DNA of 62,802 bases, filler included, from Rhabdomonas costata (Eukaryota), in assembly GCA_019059605.1 (NCBI GenBank). It is 27 parts of 27 records of this genome, joined end to end, with 100 filler letters (N's around TTAATTAATTAA, not from the genome) between each part and the next. Parts side by side here need not be neighbours in the genome. Positions count along the whole stretch, not along the records: positions 46,614 to 48,842 come from JAHMHO010004701.1; positions 48,943 to 51,170 come from JAHMHO010004702.1; positions 51,271 to 53,498 come from JAHMHO010004703.1; positions 53,599 to 55,825 come from JAHMHO010004704.1; positions 55,926 to 58,151 come from JAHMHO010004705.1; positions 58,252 to 60,478 come from JAHMHO010004706.1; 21 more parts are not named here. The stretch is one strand, 5' to 3'. Shown piece after piece: positions 46,614 to 60,475 of the stretch (position 1 is its first letter; the number at the start of each line of letters is the position of its first letter). The notes under the pieces are model-generated. The model was given only the letters and a program-made list of their open reading frames with translations, was not told the origin of the DNA and did not search any database. Made by a program: the position numbers and the translations under genes.

Positions 46614-48616
46614 GTGGTGGGTGTGTTTGGTTTGTTGGGGCTCACGATGGTGGTGGTGGTGGTGGTGGTGGTGATGGTTGTGGTGATGGTGGTGGTGGCC
46701 GTGATGATGCGACGGCTGACGCACTTCATGGGAGGGGCCGCCGTTTTGGGGACCCTCCTTTCGACGGTGCGTGCCGGGATGGCGGCCGTGGCACCGCGGA
46801 GACCTCTGGGGCAGAGGTGAGGACAGCCCCTCGCGGTGGGACTGCGCGCGGTGCTCCATGCAGCTCAGCGAGGCCAGGTTCACGAGAAGCTGAGCCTGCA
46901 ACTCGCGCAGAGGCTCACGGGGGCCTGCGAACAGAACAGGGTGTTCGAGCAGATGAAAAGCCAGAATTTCTGTCGAATCGGAGTGCTCAGGTGGTCTTCT
47001 ATCTTTTTACTTATAAAACTTTTAGACCTTCATGAAAAACCGCTGAAGGAGTGAGTGGCACCCTAACTAACCCCAAATTGTCCCCAAAGTGGATGCGGCG
47101 TAGCAGTGGTGTCCATGTGCCCAAGTCCAGTGCTAGTGGTGCTATCCGTGTGGGCTCTGGTTGTGTGGAGGAGCAGTGTGTACACTAAAACATGTTGAGT
47201 CCGCCCGTTCTACTACTCCATGTACTGTGGTTGCTGTTGTGTGGGAGATCGGCAGCTGGTGTGGCAGGATGTTGGCGCTACATCTGCTCAATCCAAGTGT
47301 CATCATCAAGCAGAAGCCGAATGCTAGATTATGGAAAAATGACAGGGAGAGACAACTAACACAGCTAACCTTCCTGAGACTTCTCGTGACATTTTCGGTT
47401 GAATTGAGGCCGTCCTCCTCGCAACAAAGGGAAAGGGCGGGAAAAAACAGAAAAGGACATGCAGCAACCTTCGCGGTCCATCAGGCCCCGTGCTGCCCTC
47501 AACTGGGCTTCACACAGATCCCCCAATCCTTGGATGCAGGCGTGCAGCTCGTCCAGCTGGCCAACCTGCTGCAATCCAAACCCTTTTGCTTCCGCCGCCA
47601 CCGCCTTCTGTCAGTGGAAACAAAAGGGCAAGGGATCCCCAAAAGTTCGGATTTATCGGGTGGCTGGTGCGGAAAAAAAAAGGGGGAAATCAGGACATTT
47701 TGGGGAGATGAGTGCGAGCTTCAAATTAACGATGGATTCATTTTGGAATTCACGGGGAGGGGGGGGACTGCTGTTACGTTTATCATGCACCGGAGCACCG
47801 CAGCCCAGGAGGTGGCTCTAACAGGTTTCGTTCTCTTGAGGTACGTGAATATCTGCTCAAATCAGAGGGAGGGTGTGTGAGTTTGAGAGCACGACTGTTC
47901 GTTGGGTTCGTCTTCATTTTCTCAGAACACGCATATCTCTCAAGATTTTTTTTTTTTGTTGCTGAGCAGATTTCGACGGAATCAATTACAGAAGTACGTG
48001 GCACGTGGCAGTCACGTGCGAAGATGACAGGGAACAAAGGAAAGGCAGTGATGTTGTTTGGTTGGCAGCCGTCTAATTGTTCAACGCCCACCTACCAAAT
48101 GGTGCCGAAAACCGAGGGGGGAGGGGGAGGCTGAAATGCCGCACTGCACAGATTCTGCAATTGTTGTGCAACAGTTGTGTTTACAAGGGGGACTTAGATT
48201 ATCTATGATTATTACCATGTCCCCAGCCCAAAAAAATCCATTCCCAGCTATCCTTTACAAGCGTATTTTTAAAGTTTCGTGGCTTAAGAAATAGGAATTG
48301 TTATTAATATGATTGCGCCGGTTGAAAAAGCCCAAATTTAAGTTAAGCCCAAGTTAGTTCTGGAGCTTGTGCAGAGGCCCCATCCGACCTGGGTCCCATT
48401 TTCAGAACCCACAGCTTTCCGGGCGGGCTCCCTTTTATTTTCCGGCACATGACACACCAAAGCAGAGCAGAGCTCTTGAGCTCGACACTCCTGGCGACAG
48501 CCGTGGGGATAGGTCCCCAGCTCCCACTGGGAAAGTGCTTTGGAGAGCGCCTTGCGCCGCTCACCGAGCTCCTGCACTTGCGTCCGGAGCCGTGCACAGT
48601 CACTCGAGTGCGCCAG
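46614..48616 (-). CDS. Hypothetical coiled-coil protein with a poly-His tract, three exons
   Basis: AG/GT exons at ~48458-48616, ~47469-47607 and 46614-46924. The last runs into a (CAC)n tract encoding HHHGHHHHHHNHHHHHHHHH. Confidence 0.55.
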
Positions 48617-50352
48617 CTGATTGCCAACAAGGGAGGGAAAGAAGAATCGAGCTCAGGCATGCAGCGGTTCACGAAAAGAGAAGAAGCGAATCCCAATGGA
48701 GCTGAAGCCGACGTGCCACGACGGGTACATCTTTTTGTAGCTTTGGGCTCTGCAACCCCTGGCGGTGGGCCTAACGGCAGCTCGTCATTCCACTCCACCA
48801 CCGTCTTTTTCTTACGCCGTTTCCAGACGCTGCACCCAAAAANNNNNNNNNNNNNNNNNNNNNNNNNNNNNNNNNNNNNNNNNNNNTTAATTAATTAANN
48901 NNNNNNNNNNNNNNNNNNNNNNNNNNNNNNNNNNNNNNNNNNATCAGTTCCGTGTGTGCGGGTGGGTTGTGGGTGGGGTGCCCCGACCAATCACCGCTCG
49001 CCTGGAGACTGGGGAAGCCAAACTCCTCCAACGGGGGAGGGGAGAAAAACAACCCCCAACCAGGAAAGCAAAACAGCAGACACACGGAACTGATCACCAC
49101 AGAAACCAAAGAAAGGAAAAATAACAGATAAAAAGTGACAGCAAAGCCCTGGGAGACAAACGATGGTAGAAAACGACACGGCATAAAAAACAACCCCGTA
49201 ACTGGGCCTTGGGAACCGCATTGCGCTGGTCCTGCACCCCCGGCCAGCTTCGGTGAAGCCAGATAGATCCCACACCGCCGTTCATCTGCTGACGGGGTTT
49301 GCAGGATGAGTAGGCTGAGTAGTCAGCCATCGCCCGGAGTGATGATTGTTGGGTCGACAGCACTCACAATGCAGAAGGATGGGACACCCACTGACAGACC
49401 GCATTGGTAACGGGAGGTCTTCCGTTCTCGTATGTTGATCGTAAATTTGCAGTGAAAAACTTGCGAGACAAGAAAGTACATTATTAAAAGAGTTCTCAAC
49501 ATTGTATATCTGTGATTATTTGATGACACGATACACCGAATCTTTTGGTCCGCAATAACAAACGGACAGCCCAGAAAAATGCGCAGAGACGTGCGCACGA
49601 TAGCACACCCCGCATATCACATCGCAGGAAGTCAAGGAAAGGAGACGCACAGGCTTCGTCGCAGTTCACATGACTTGCTAGACGCATGCACAAGACACGG
49701 CACGGCCGTACAGAGCAGCAAAAACTAAAGAACAGAGCAAACAAGGCCAGCCACCCATCAGAAATACCCGGAAGCAAGGTCTGAGCGAAAGACGTGAACA
49801 CAGAAGTCCCCAGCACACACGGTGTGCCAGTGCAAGGAGAAGGGAAGGCGCCACTCTCACTCATGCACAGCTATACCGACAATTGAGCCTCGAACAAAAA
49901 ACCAGCGACCTCCGGCCCACGGTCCGTGGCCAAGAGGTCGCACCCCCTCCTTCCCTCTGCCCCACACCGGACTTCCGCATCACTCTCTTTGCCTTCGCCC
50001 ACGCCCTCGCTCTCACTTCTTTCCGCCGTGAAGGCGCTCCCCCACCGCCGCAGACTCCTCCGCGGTGAGCTTCGGGAACTGCGGTTGCAGCGGGGCGACG
50101 TGCTTCTGCCCTCGTTCTCAACTCATAGGACACCCACAAAAGCCCACTCACTCACCCGAGCGTGAACCTTTGACCGTAACAGTCACCTAATCGGATAGTT
50201 GTCATCCTGTCGACACTGTTTTAGCGGTACAATGCTCACCTCCCGGCAATCTGTGTGAGTTCAGTCTTTCCCAAAGCCGTGTAAGCAGGGAAAAATGCGA
50301 GTGTACGTGTGAGTCTATGCGAAGGGTGGGACGCAAACCGACAAAAGCGTAC

Positions 50353-50636
50353 TCCATGTTCATCAGCGACCAACCGAACGTGTCCGTGAGTCCCCCAGTG
50401 GTGAGAATCCCGGAACCCAAAGCACCGACGCCGAATACGCTCAATGGCCCCGGCAAGGCCTGCGGGCAGACCCCCCAAATCACCCCATTCGAGGAGACCA
50501 GGCAGCCTTGTAGGGAGTAAACCCCCCCGAGGGTCCACAGGAGCCCTCCGAGAGACACCAGCGCCCCCGAGGCCAGCGACGGCTGGGGGGTTGCGGGGTG
50601 CAGATCCCACTGTGCTCCAGTGAAGGTGCTGTAGAC
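50353..50636 (-). CDS. Kelch/beta-propeller repeat exon
   Basis: VYSTFTGAQW...VSLGGLLWTLGG...VSSNGVIW...LP...SVFG...ILTTGG has hydrophobic-GG pairs and spaced Trp residues. Bounded by CACAG and GTACGC. Confidence 0.6.
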
Positions 50637-50647
50637 CTGTGAGAACG

Positions 50648-50692
50648 TGAAGTGAAGTGAAGTGAAGTGAAGTGAAGTGAAGTGAAGTGAAG
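50648..50692. repeat. (TGAAG)n pentanucleotide microsatellite
   Basis: About nine copies. On the minus strand (CTTCA)n forms the pyrimidine-rich tract before the kelch exon acceptor. Confidence 0.95.
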
Positions 50693-52288
50693 GCAAAGTA
50701 AAGTTTCTCACCCAAGGGGCTCTCTGAGATGCGACACTTCCGACACTTGGGCAGCAGTGCTAACCGTTCGAGAGATACCAAGACGTAAGCACAGGCACCA
50801 CACAAAGAAGTGAATGAAAGAAGGGATTTGTGACATGGGTAACCGCTGACAGTGGTGAACCAAAGTGCGGGGGATCGGGATCAAGAGGATCAAGGGGATC
50901 GGGAGGCACTGCAATCCCATCACATTGCTGCATATGTGCGTGTAGATGCTGTAGGTGCTGTTCCGTGGGGCGGGGAGCCACTGATTCTTCGCCGTCCCTA
51001 CCACAGTCCAACCACAGACCTCGAAGAGCCGTGCCCAAATTTCCTGTCACGGAATCACATTCTCTCTCACATACACGCGCACCACAAAAAGCTAACGGAC
51101 CCATGAGCATCCCATGCGAACACTCCTTGCACCGCTCTCCTCTCACAAACCTCATTCCGACCAAACCCCCNNNNNNNNNNNNNNNNNNNNNNNNNNNNNN
51201 NNNNNNNNNNNNNNTTAATTAATTAANNNNNNNNNNNNNNNNNNNNNNNNNNNNNNNNNNNNNNNNNNNNGGTTGGTGGTTCAATGTTGTTGTTTTTTGC
51301 AGTCGTTCTTTTAACTTGGTTCACTCGGTATTGTTTTTTTTGCTACCCTGTGTTCTTGCCGTGTTTTTTGGATGAGGTGATGTACGAGAGAGATACGTTT
51401 GTCAATCTTCGCGTATCTCCCCCCCCACACACACATATTTTTGCACACTGCTGTTTCGCACAGGAAAAGTCTCCGCGAGCCTTCCCTTGAGGAGAATTGA
51501 ACTTTCGTATTCCCATTACTTCGTGTTCTGGGGTATGTTCTCGTAGGCCGCTGCCGCCGTTGTGCCGATGTGGTGACCTTAGAGTGAACGTTCCCCTTTC
51601 TGACACCTGACTGCACTTGTCGTTGCGTCCTTTTTTGCTGTTTTTCGCTGGGGATCTGTGCTTTTCAGGGGAGCGCAATGCACGTGGGCGTTCGGCATCG
51701 CACTGAAGCATATCGAGCTTTTCAGTGAGGACTGAAACTGTCCGTCGTTTTGACCTTTTTTCAGAATCCCACCGCTTTATCAAATGGTGGCTGCTGGGAC
51801 ATTTGCGACTACATACAATTGTCTGGGCATCTGAAGTTCCGCATGCGCGTCAGCAAACGTCTGCTACTCACCGTACTTTTGTCATAAAATCCCCAAGTCA
51901 TTGAAATCGAAGGCTCACATGAACCGTGCCCCCCTCCCCCCGTTTAGGAATGACACAGGCAGGGCATTTTTTTGTCAGATTGAGTGACCCACCCACACTT
52001 AAAATCTATAATCTGTAACAATGTTATGTAAACATGTAGTTCGTGTGATTGTTCGCAGATTCCCCCGCTCCCCACAGCGCACCGCTTTCAATCTTTGGGC
52101 CTGTTTGCCTGTTTTTTTTTTCGGGTCAGTAATCACTCGTCTGCGAAACTAACTAATATTTTCTCTGGACTCGGTAGAATTTGCTACCGCACCTCTGTTG
52201 GCTTTTCCTGTCACAGCCTGCTTCCGAACGACGCTCGGAAGCATTATAATGGGTCACTCGAAAGGGGCTCATGGAACCCCCCCCCCCG

Positions 52289-52319
<31 letters not shown>

Positions 52320-54300
52320 TTTTTGCGAAAGGTTAGCTGCAGACACGAACCGTTTCTCTGCAGGTTCTTGTTTAATCTCTGAACCGAGTTTTTGCTCCAG
52401 TGAGCCACATCATGGATGAACATGGAGCCATGTCTGTGGGGTTGGTTGAGCCGGATGTGCTTCGCCAACGTCTGGTATGCGTGTTTTGCCTGCTGTGCAG
52501 CTGAGGTTGGGGTCCGATGCGTTTCTGTTTTTTTTTTGTGTGTGTGTGTCGTGTGGGATGTTTATAATGGTTTTCCGGTTAAACGAGACGAACAGAACTG
52601 TGCGGGTATGCTGGCAACCCGAAACCCCCTTCATGTGTCGAAAAACCCTACTCCCCAGGCCACGTTGTCGCTTCAGCATTCGCCTTTGGGGATGAGCTGT
52701 TTTGTGCTCTCGATATGAACAACATCCAGCGCGAGTGGCCAGCTAACGTCAGTCGCCAACCGGAATCGCAGATGCACCAGGCAAAGAGTCAGTAAGGCAA
52801 CCCCGAGGTACAGGAGATTAAGCGGACGAGGGCAGGAATAGCCTGCAATGCAACTATAGAGTGATGTGCTAGCACGGCACGCCTGCAGATACCGATGCTT
52901 CCCGTTGCCCCATCCGAAAGAAAAGCTCCAAGGGGCGTTCCCCAAAAAAGGCCCCCCAGCCCCCCCAGGAAGGAGTGTGGAGTATCAGAGACCTGAGCAG
53001 CAATGGAGCAATGCAGGTAGCGAGGCAAAGGCGTGGGTGTGGAGGCAAGGGTCCACTGAAAGGGCACACACACATGCACACACGCAAACGTCCGAAGATG
53101 GCAGCTGCGCGACAGGCCCGCACCCCTGGGGCAGAAGGGACCGCAACCGTGAGCCAGTACCCCACTGCACGGCGCTCTCCGAAGGCACCTCTCGAGGGCG
53201 CCTTCGGCGCTCATCAGTCTACAGCGGTCACCAACAGCCAGGCTGCTATGCGCCCAACAGGCTCACTCACTCACGTGCGACGGATAGAGGATGAACCCCA
53301 TAACACCTCAACCAATGTTTCCGTGTATCATTGGTGCGCTTTGTGCAGACCAATCCCTTGCTTGGGCACACGGAGTCTCTGTGCAGCCCTGAGTGGGGCC
53401 CTGAGCGGTCTGACTCCAGCCCCATCTCCCCGCTGCGGTGCTCCGAGCAGCCTCGAGACTTCCGACTGTCGTTCCTCACCAGCACCTTCCACCCCCCCNN
53501 NNNNNNNNNNNNNNNNNNNNNNNNNNNNNNNNNNNNNNNNNNTTAATTAATTAANNNNNNNNNNNNNNNNNNNNNNNNNNNNNNNNNNNNNNNNNNNNTG
53601 TGGTGTGTGATCGGCGTGTTTTTGCAGCGAGTTCACGACAGCTTTCAGTCCTTGAGTACTACTCCATGCCAAGTTTTGGGTGTTTCGGGGGAGGGGGATG
53701 CAGTGTTTACTAAGTGAACTGTCGGAACCCGGAACGCGCAAGAAGTGGCCTTGGGGCAGACATTGAGCAACCTGCACAATGCCAGGAGTGAAAGGATGCG
53801 CAGTGCTGCAACCGTCTCGAACCCCGAGCTGCGGACCCCATCCACCACAACCACAGGGTTGCATTGGTTGTTCAGACAAGCTCTGCAGGCACTTTTTTGT
53901 GGAAGTTCTCTGAAAAGGTCCCCTCTGACTTTCTTCTGAAACACAAAAGCCTGACATTTGCAGAGAAAAAAGCAGCCTCGCACGCAATATGCTGACATAG
54001 AACCACAAAATTCGACAGGGTGTGGTGTCAGTCATACTACTGATGAGAAAGGTGCGCGTGTTCACGTATGGGGTTGCAAGGATGGCGAACAATCACAATA
54101 AAAACATGTACCACGACCTGTCTGTGCTGTAAATACAACACAAAACCAAAACCATAACGAATCTTCTTAACACTCACCTTCCGCTGTAAGCTCCATGCCA
54201 AAGGTCCTTCAATGTGCAACGGCAAGTACCAAACTCGCAAATCTCACCCAACTACTCACCCACCCACGCAAACACATAACAAAGGCAAACCCTCACACAC

Positions 54301-54978
54301 CATTTGCACCAGCTCCTCGGGCATCCCTGCGAAGAAGTCTCTCTCTGCGACGTGCTCTGGGCTTGCGCTCTGGGGTGGGGGCGCAGACGAAGGGGCGCCA
54401 GATGGCCCATCCGCGAAGGTCACCGAGCGCCCCGACCGCGGGGTGCCCGAAGAGCGGTGGCTGGACGACGGCGGGGTTGCGGTGGACGAGGAAGCACTGC
54501 TTAGCACGTCATACATACTCGAGCTGGTATCCGTCTCGGCAGGCGGCAATTTCTGAACCTCGTTAAACCACATCCGCCCAGCACACCTACGGTACCATTT
54601 GCGCTTTTTTCGGGCTTTCCCCCTTGAGTTAATGAAACCTCTGGTGCAGCATCGCTCCAGCACAAGCACTTGCAGCCGACAAGTCGTCCCCGCAAACCCT
54701 CACTTGGAGATATACCCACAAGTTTCTCGCCACCTGCCAAAGAATGAAAATTATCACAGGACGGGCTAAACTTTATGTGTCTCTCCATGGGGCGGGTTCC
54801 TCCAGCGTGTGTGTGTGTGGCCGTGCTTTTATTGAAACTCATGGCCGTCCCGGAGCGGGTGGTGCGGCCGCCACCACTGCTGCTGCTGGGGCGGCTTCCA
54901 CTGCCACTCCAGCTGGGCAGGCTACGAGGAGAAGAGGTAGAGGCGATGAACGACGCGGCCTCCGTCGCCATGAGCATC
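54301..54978 (-). CDS. Ser-rich low-complexity hypothetical protein, two or more exons
   Basis: GC-rich frames MLMATEAASFIASTSSPRS... and KLPPAETDTSSSMYDV...GMPEELVQM, the latter ending at GTGTGT. Confidence 0.45.
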
Positions 54979-56898
54979 TGCTGGGTAATCCGCTGGACTG
55001 TGGTGTATGAAAAGTTCCCAACAATGCAGGCAATGGACAGAGGAGAGCACCAGAACCAACCGAGCTCGAAAAATTCCCTCTAAATACGGAGGATGTGCGG
55101 CAGCGGCAGATAAACAAGCAGGAATAGCAAAAACGTGACGAAGTTATACCACTGTTCTGAGAACGAAAGGGTGTTGGCTTCCACAGAGGAGTGACACACT
55201 TGCGATGTCGCGAGGTTGGGCTCGGTGGTGGTGCTTAGGACTGGGAGGCGGAAGCTCAGCATCCTGGGAATTCGGAAAGCCACGAAACAGATTAAGAGGC
55301 CATCTGCACACCGATCATGTAACATCATCACGGGCTGGGTAAAGGGGTCCAAAGGCTTCGTAAACTGGAACAAGCACCATTACTCGCGGAGAACCCTGAC
55401 CTTTGCGCGTTGGTCTGTTTCATTTCAACCACAGTAGTGTCCAAAACAGTGCTATGCCCCCCCCCCAATTGATGGGTGTTTCAATAAGAGACCTTTCTGT
55501 GTGGACCTGAGCAATAAAGGGACATCTTTATTCTCTTCAACGTTTGATGCGCTTTACTGGAGCGATCCTTTCTCTTTCTCATTCATGTCAAAGGTAAGGC
55601 CACGCCACTTACCTCCGACGAGGCTTTGGGCAACTGATCTGTCGAAGAGCCGTCCGACATAAGGTCACGAGATAATGGAGAAACGCTATTTTTTTTCTTG
55701 CCAAGACAGCACCCAAAGAAAAGGACAACTGTGAAAGAAAGAGGGTGTCCTTCCCTGCAAACGGTTCGCTGCGACGTTGCACAGTCTCCAAGTTATTTCA
55801 CATGCTTTCCAGTATTGACACCCCCNNNNNNNNNNNNNNNNNNNNNNNNNNNNNNNNNNNNNNNNNNNNTTAATTAATTAANNNNNNNNNNNNNNNNNNN
55901 NNNNNNNNNNNNNNNNNNNNNNNNNCACCCCGTCTTCTTTGACACACCCGGCGTTGTATGCACGGCGGCACATTCCTCAGCTCGATTGCGCTTTACAATC
56001 TCTCCATTGGAGAAAACCCGATGGCACAATTATACCAAAAGTGGTTTGCAAAACATGGGCAAAATGGCTTTCCGTTTAACCACCCGAACGCATTTATTAC
56101 TTCATCAAACATTTTCGATAAAAAATAAAAAAATAAATTTAAGGCACTCTCGCCCGTTGCCCGCGCACGAGGCAGTGCATAACAGGCGTTTTCCGTCGAG
56201 CAGCATTTTTTTTGCGTCTTCCCACGTTGAAAGCGAACCGGCCTGGTACCGGCAACTCAACTGAATCGGACCTGGGCTCGTTTCATCGGGGGGTGCCCAT
56301 CGCCACCTTTGATGTCGACCATGGCCGGGCGTTTGCGCTAGACATATGTCTTCTAGGCAAACGTCCGTTCCAGCTTCCCCGGCCTCAGAAAGAAGAGCCA
56401 GACCACGATGTCCCAGAAGCGATAATTGGAAGAACCGCGCAAAGAAGCGCAAGAAAAGGCGATGATTAGAAGTCACCGCGGTACTGCCGAATGAACATTT
56501 TTTTGCCGTATTTACGTTTGCACATGGCTTACTTTTGTGGTGTCATCCTGGGCGGTTTCCCTAGCGTCACGCCCTGTCGTTTTGTGTGTTGGACTTTCGG
56601 TCACAACCTGACCACTCACCAAAGGCGTTTTTTCTTCCGCAGGGAGCCAACGCAAACAGCTACAAGTTGCATAACACCCAGTCCAGCATTCAGATTGACG
56701 CAGCTTTGATCGAGCGTTTCTAAACGGAGGGAACTGGTACGCGGAGCTTCGTTCTTACTTTGCCTCACTAATCAGAATATTAAATCACATCAAATAAAAA
56801 TAGCACCACCTCAACCCTCCTACGCCCCGGGCCCACCACTATCACAGTATCCTGCTTGGTCAGTCAATTCCTCAATCCATCAGAGCCAAAGATCGGCT

Positions 56899-56918
56899 TA
56901 TATATATATATATATATA
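56899..56918. repeat. (TA)n microsatellite
   Basis: Seen directly. Confidence 0.95.
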
Positions 56919-57290
56919 TGCAGACAACGGCACGGAAACATCTACCGATGAGATCCCGGGTTGTCACACTTCGGATGAGAAAGCAAGCGAGTGACGCTTT
57001 GTATGTATCAATTCCATTTGAATCGTTAGATGACTTTGACGAACTGAACGACGGAAGACTGAATGAGATGGATATGCCACACGCATTCCAACACCATGGT
57101 TTTCCCCATGATGGAGCAGCGCAAAGAAAATCACTCTGAAGATGATAGTGATGAACGTGACTGGAAAATGGATCAATCAGACCGCATGCGCATTATGAAA
57201 CTGACCAAGTCACACAATTTTGAGCGCGTGTTCTTCGACATAAACCATGAGTAACGTCGCCTCCTGTTCGATCAGTCAGACGCCACTACC

Positions 57291-58151
57291 GTGCTGCTTA
57301 CCTGGAACATCAGAGAAAGCACGGCTGAAAAGCTTCGTTTAACTGCTTTAGTGTCAGTTTGACACTAACAAATAGGTCGTGCTCCCAAGAGATTTTTTGA
57401 GCGCGCATGTAAGCTTCTCAGTTACCAGAATGCTACTTTGTGAGCCACGTATCGCACATTTGGAACGCTTCTTGAGCGCAATGCACATGGTCTACACATG
57501 GTCTTTAGAGTGCGGACACACCAACCATCCTTGGTCATTGATCCATCTGGTTTTGGAAAATATCGTCTGCAAACAGTTTTTTCTAATGCTTGTCGTTTCC
57601 GAATGGCCACGAGAAATATGGCATCAAATGTTTCGACGTATGGATGCACAGTTTCTATTTATCAACTACCACTGCTATTGGATAGAATCAAGCAAGAATG
57701 AGCTTGCCCATCTGAAAATTTATAACGTTCGGATATCGTGTGCACGGATGTGTTCTACCAAGCTGTGTATGCCACTGACCACCAAAAGAGCTGGACAATT
57801 TCCGCCTCACTTTGGATTCTTTGAGCGCAGTAAGCCTACTTTTTGGGAATTAAAATAGCACCCGAGCTCCCAATTGAGTTCACTGATCCAAAAATGTTGG
57901 TCTGAAGCGCCTACTATAATATAAACAACCTCAGGACACTGAGTATTGAGTCTTAGGAGTCTATTACAGACACGTGAGTTACAAACCAACTGTCCAACCA
58001 GCAATGTGTTGACAACCACAGCCTCTGGTGTCACATATTTTGCACTGCTGTGACTCAATACCTGCCATTGATGGCACTTTAAGTATGACCTGCATGCAAA
58101 ATACATAGTGAGTTGCACACATGGTGTTGGGAACTTACTAGACAAAGAATG
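57291..58151 (+). mobile_element. Decayed non-LTR retrotransposon, AP-endonuclease-like remnant
   Basis: Across frameshifts and stops: VLLTWNIR (57291-57314), LLCEPR, FLFINYH and LLFGN*N, in the order of the APE motifs TWNV, QET, NVY and GDFN. Confidence 0.4.
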
Positions 58152-58880
58152 NNNNNNNNNNNNNNNNNNNNNNNNNNNNNNNNNNNNNNNNNNNNTTAAT
58201 TAATTAANNNNNNNNNNNNNNNNNNNNNNNNNNNNNNNNNNNNNNNNNNNNGTGGTGTGTGTTGCCGGGGGTTCGGAGAAAGTCAAGGCACGAAGAGCAC
58301 ACCTTAACAACGCGCTGCTTGAGCATGTCGGTGTCGGTTGGGCACTTCTCCAGCTGAAAAGCACACGACAGCAGGAAAACACCAATAGACGACCGAATTT
58401 CCGAGCAACTCCGCCTCACGCCAAATCACAGCATGTGAGACGTCCACCAGATATACTGAGGGAGTTCTTGAAATGAACAGTCTCAAAGTGTAGCAGCATA
58501 TGGAAAGGGGGAGAGGAAACCGAAAGACACTTGCGCAGAAGACGGTGGAGTCACCTCAAACGTAAGGAGCAGAACTCAGACACGATCCATCGCGAGACCA
58601 GAAAAAAATCGATCTTTTTCCCCAACCAATTTGCCTTCAAAGTCATAAAAAGCCCTGTTCCGTTGACTTTTTGACATTGCCCAAGGAAAGGCACATTACC
58701 ACTGCCAGTGCAGCTCACGTGCAACCAAATCTGACGTACGCAGCTCATGCCAAAGCGCGGGCGAATGCGCAGAGCCCTTTCGAGCAAAGATTGTGGGTCG
58801 AGTGCACCGAGAAAAGCGCGAGGATAAAGTCAGAACGAGACAGAAGGTAAGGGTGAGTTCAGCAACGCATCCCCACACAC

Positions 58881-60097
58881 CGCGGCAATCCTCTGCACAG
58901 CGCCGGTGAAGTCGGCGTTGAGGGAGCCCAGGCTCTCGGAGAATGTCTGCAGCTGGGCCTCCTCCTCGCGCAGCCGCGCGTTGAGTTGCTGTAGCTGTGC
59001 CTGCGCCACGGCCTCCGAGCGGGCCTTCGCCGCGGATTGCTGCGGAAAAGGAGGAAGAACCGGCCCACAACACCACGACTGGTTGGCCTTCGCCCCGAAT
59101 ATAAATCGGTCTCATTACTCTGTAATCCTCTGCGAACCTTTGATCGCCCATCCAGAGCTAAGTCTCTCTTGCAAGCACTTAAGATGTTGTGCCACTACAC
59201 TGCGTTCCGTGCGTCCCAAAACATCGTTAACAAAAATCGAAGGGCCGAAACCCAATCGCAGGATTTCAACAGAAGATTTGCAGGGGGTTAGGTTGCGATG
59301 CACGTGTCCGCTGAGACAGGAGCTCGGAGGGGTCTGGGTGGCCCGGCCCCCCGGAAACGTGAAGGGACTTGTCTCTTTTCTTCTTTATGGCTTTACATAA
59401 TTCTGCCCGAAAAGACGTAGTAAACAGAAACTCAGTTGAGTATTAAGTCAGGTTATTAGCTGCTGTCTGGGAGTTTTTCGCTCGCGGTGGTGCGGGGTAT
59501 TTCCACGAGGACGCTGCACAATGCCTTCATAGCACTGCCTCTTCGACTGCGGCGTTGCCTTCGCTTGCGAGGGGGCTACCCCGAAACTGTGCTTAGCTCT
59601 CAGCCCCAGTAGAGAGGTGTACATTCCGACTTTCTTGGGAGAGATTCGGTTTATGCCGTTCTACGTCTCTACAGCTTCCATTACGCAGGCACCGAAGCCT
59701 TGACAAAACCCATCAGCTGCACAAAACTCCCGCACCACCAGCGTGCATTTCTGTAACGTTCCGATTCAGCTATTGATGAGGCGGCAAAACGGAAATTATA
59801 TCCAGCCATAAAGTTTGGGACATCCGGTACCACATCCCAGGATTTCAGTATTGTCCTGTGGCACTGAACAGTTGCTTTAGTTGTGACTTCTGAACAGCTA
59901 CTTTGGTCGTTGCTTCCTGAACAGTTTCTTAAGTCGAGCCACTTGTTTTGGTCAAATCTTTCAGCCTCTGCAAGCCAGAGGTTCCTCTCACGGGGGCAGG
60001 GAGGGGGGGAACGTACCGCGATCATGTCATTCTCCAGCAAAGTCAGGCGCTCCCGCAGCATGGCGGACTCGGAGTCTGCATTCCGGAGCTGCTGCTC
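58881..60097 (-). CDS. Hypothetical coiled-coil protein, two exons
   Basis: EQQLRNADSESAMLRERLTLLENDMIA ends at GTACGT, and QSAAKARSEAVAQAQLQQLNARLREEEAQLQ...IAA ends at GTGTGT. Both exons are phase 0. Confidence 0.6.
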
Positions 60098-60475
60098 CTG
60101 TAAAAACAGAGTTTGTCCTTTGGTGCTTCTTCTTGCCTTGATCTTTCGGTGTAAGAGCTAAAACGAAACTGTATTCTTAAGTCTTGCACTGGTGCAATGT
60201 CCTTCTCAGTCCTGTTTCCCCAAGCGCAACGGAGAATATCATGAGGGAAGCACATCGCTGTTGAGTGCACTCAATATTTATACGTGCAGGTGAGTGTACA
60301 GCATGCATCCAAGGAAACCCACTCGGAAAGTCCCATAATTCGCTGCTACCCAAACCCACCTCTGAAAGTAGAAATGATAAATTGCAGCAGAAACAGAGAG
60401 AGATTCGCTTGCGGAAAAATGAACACCCTGCCAAAAAAACTTCTGCTGGAGAATGACATGATCGCGGTACGTTCC
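60008..60475. other. Fold-back chimera at contig end
   Basis: 60444-60475 is the reverse complement of exon/donor sequence 60008-60039. Confidence 0.8.
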
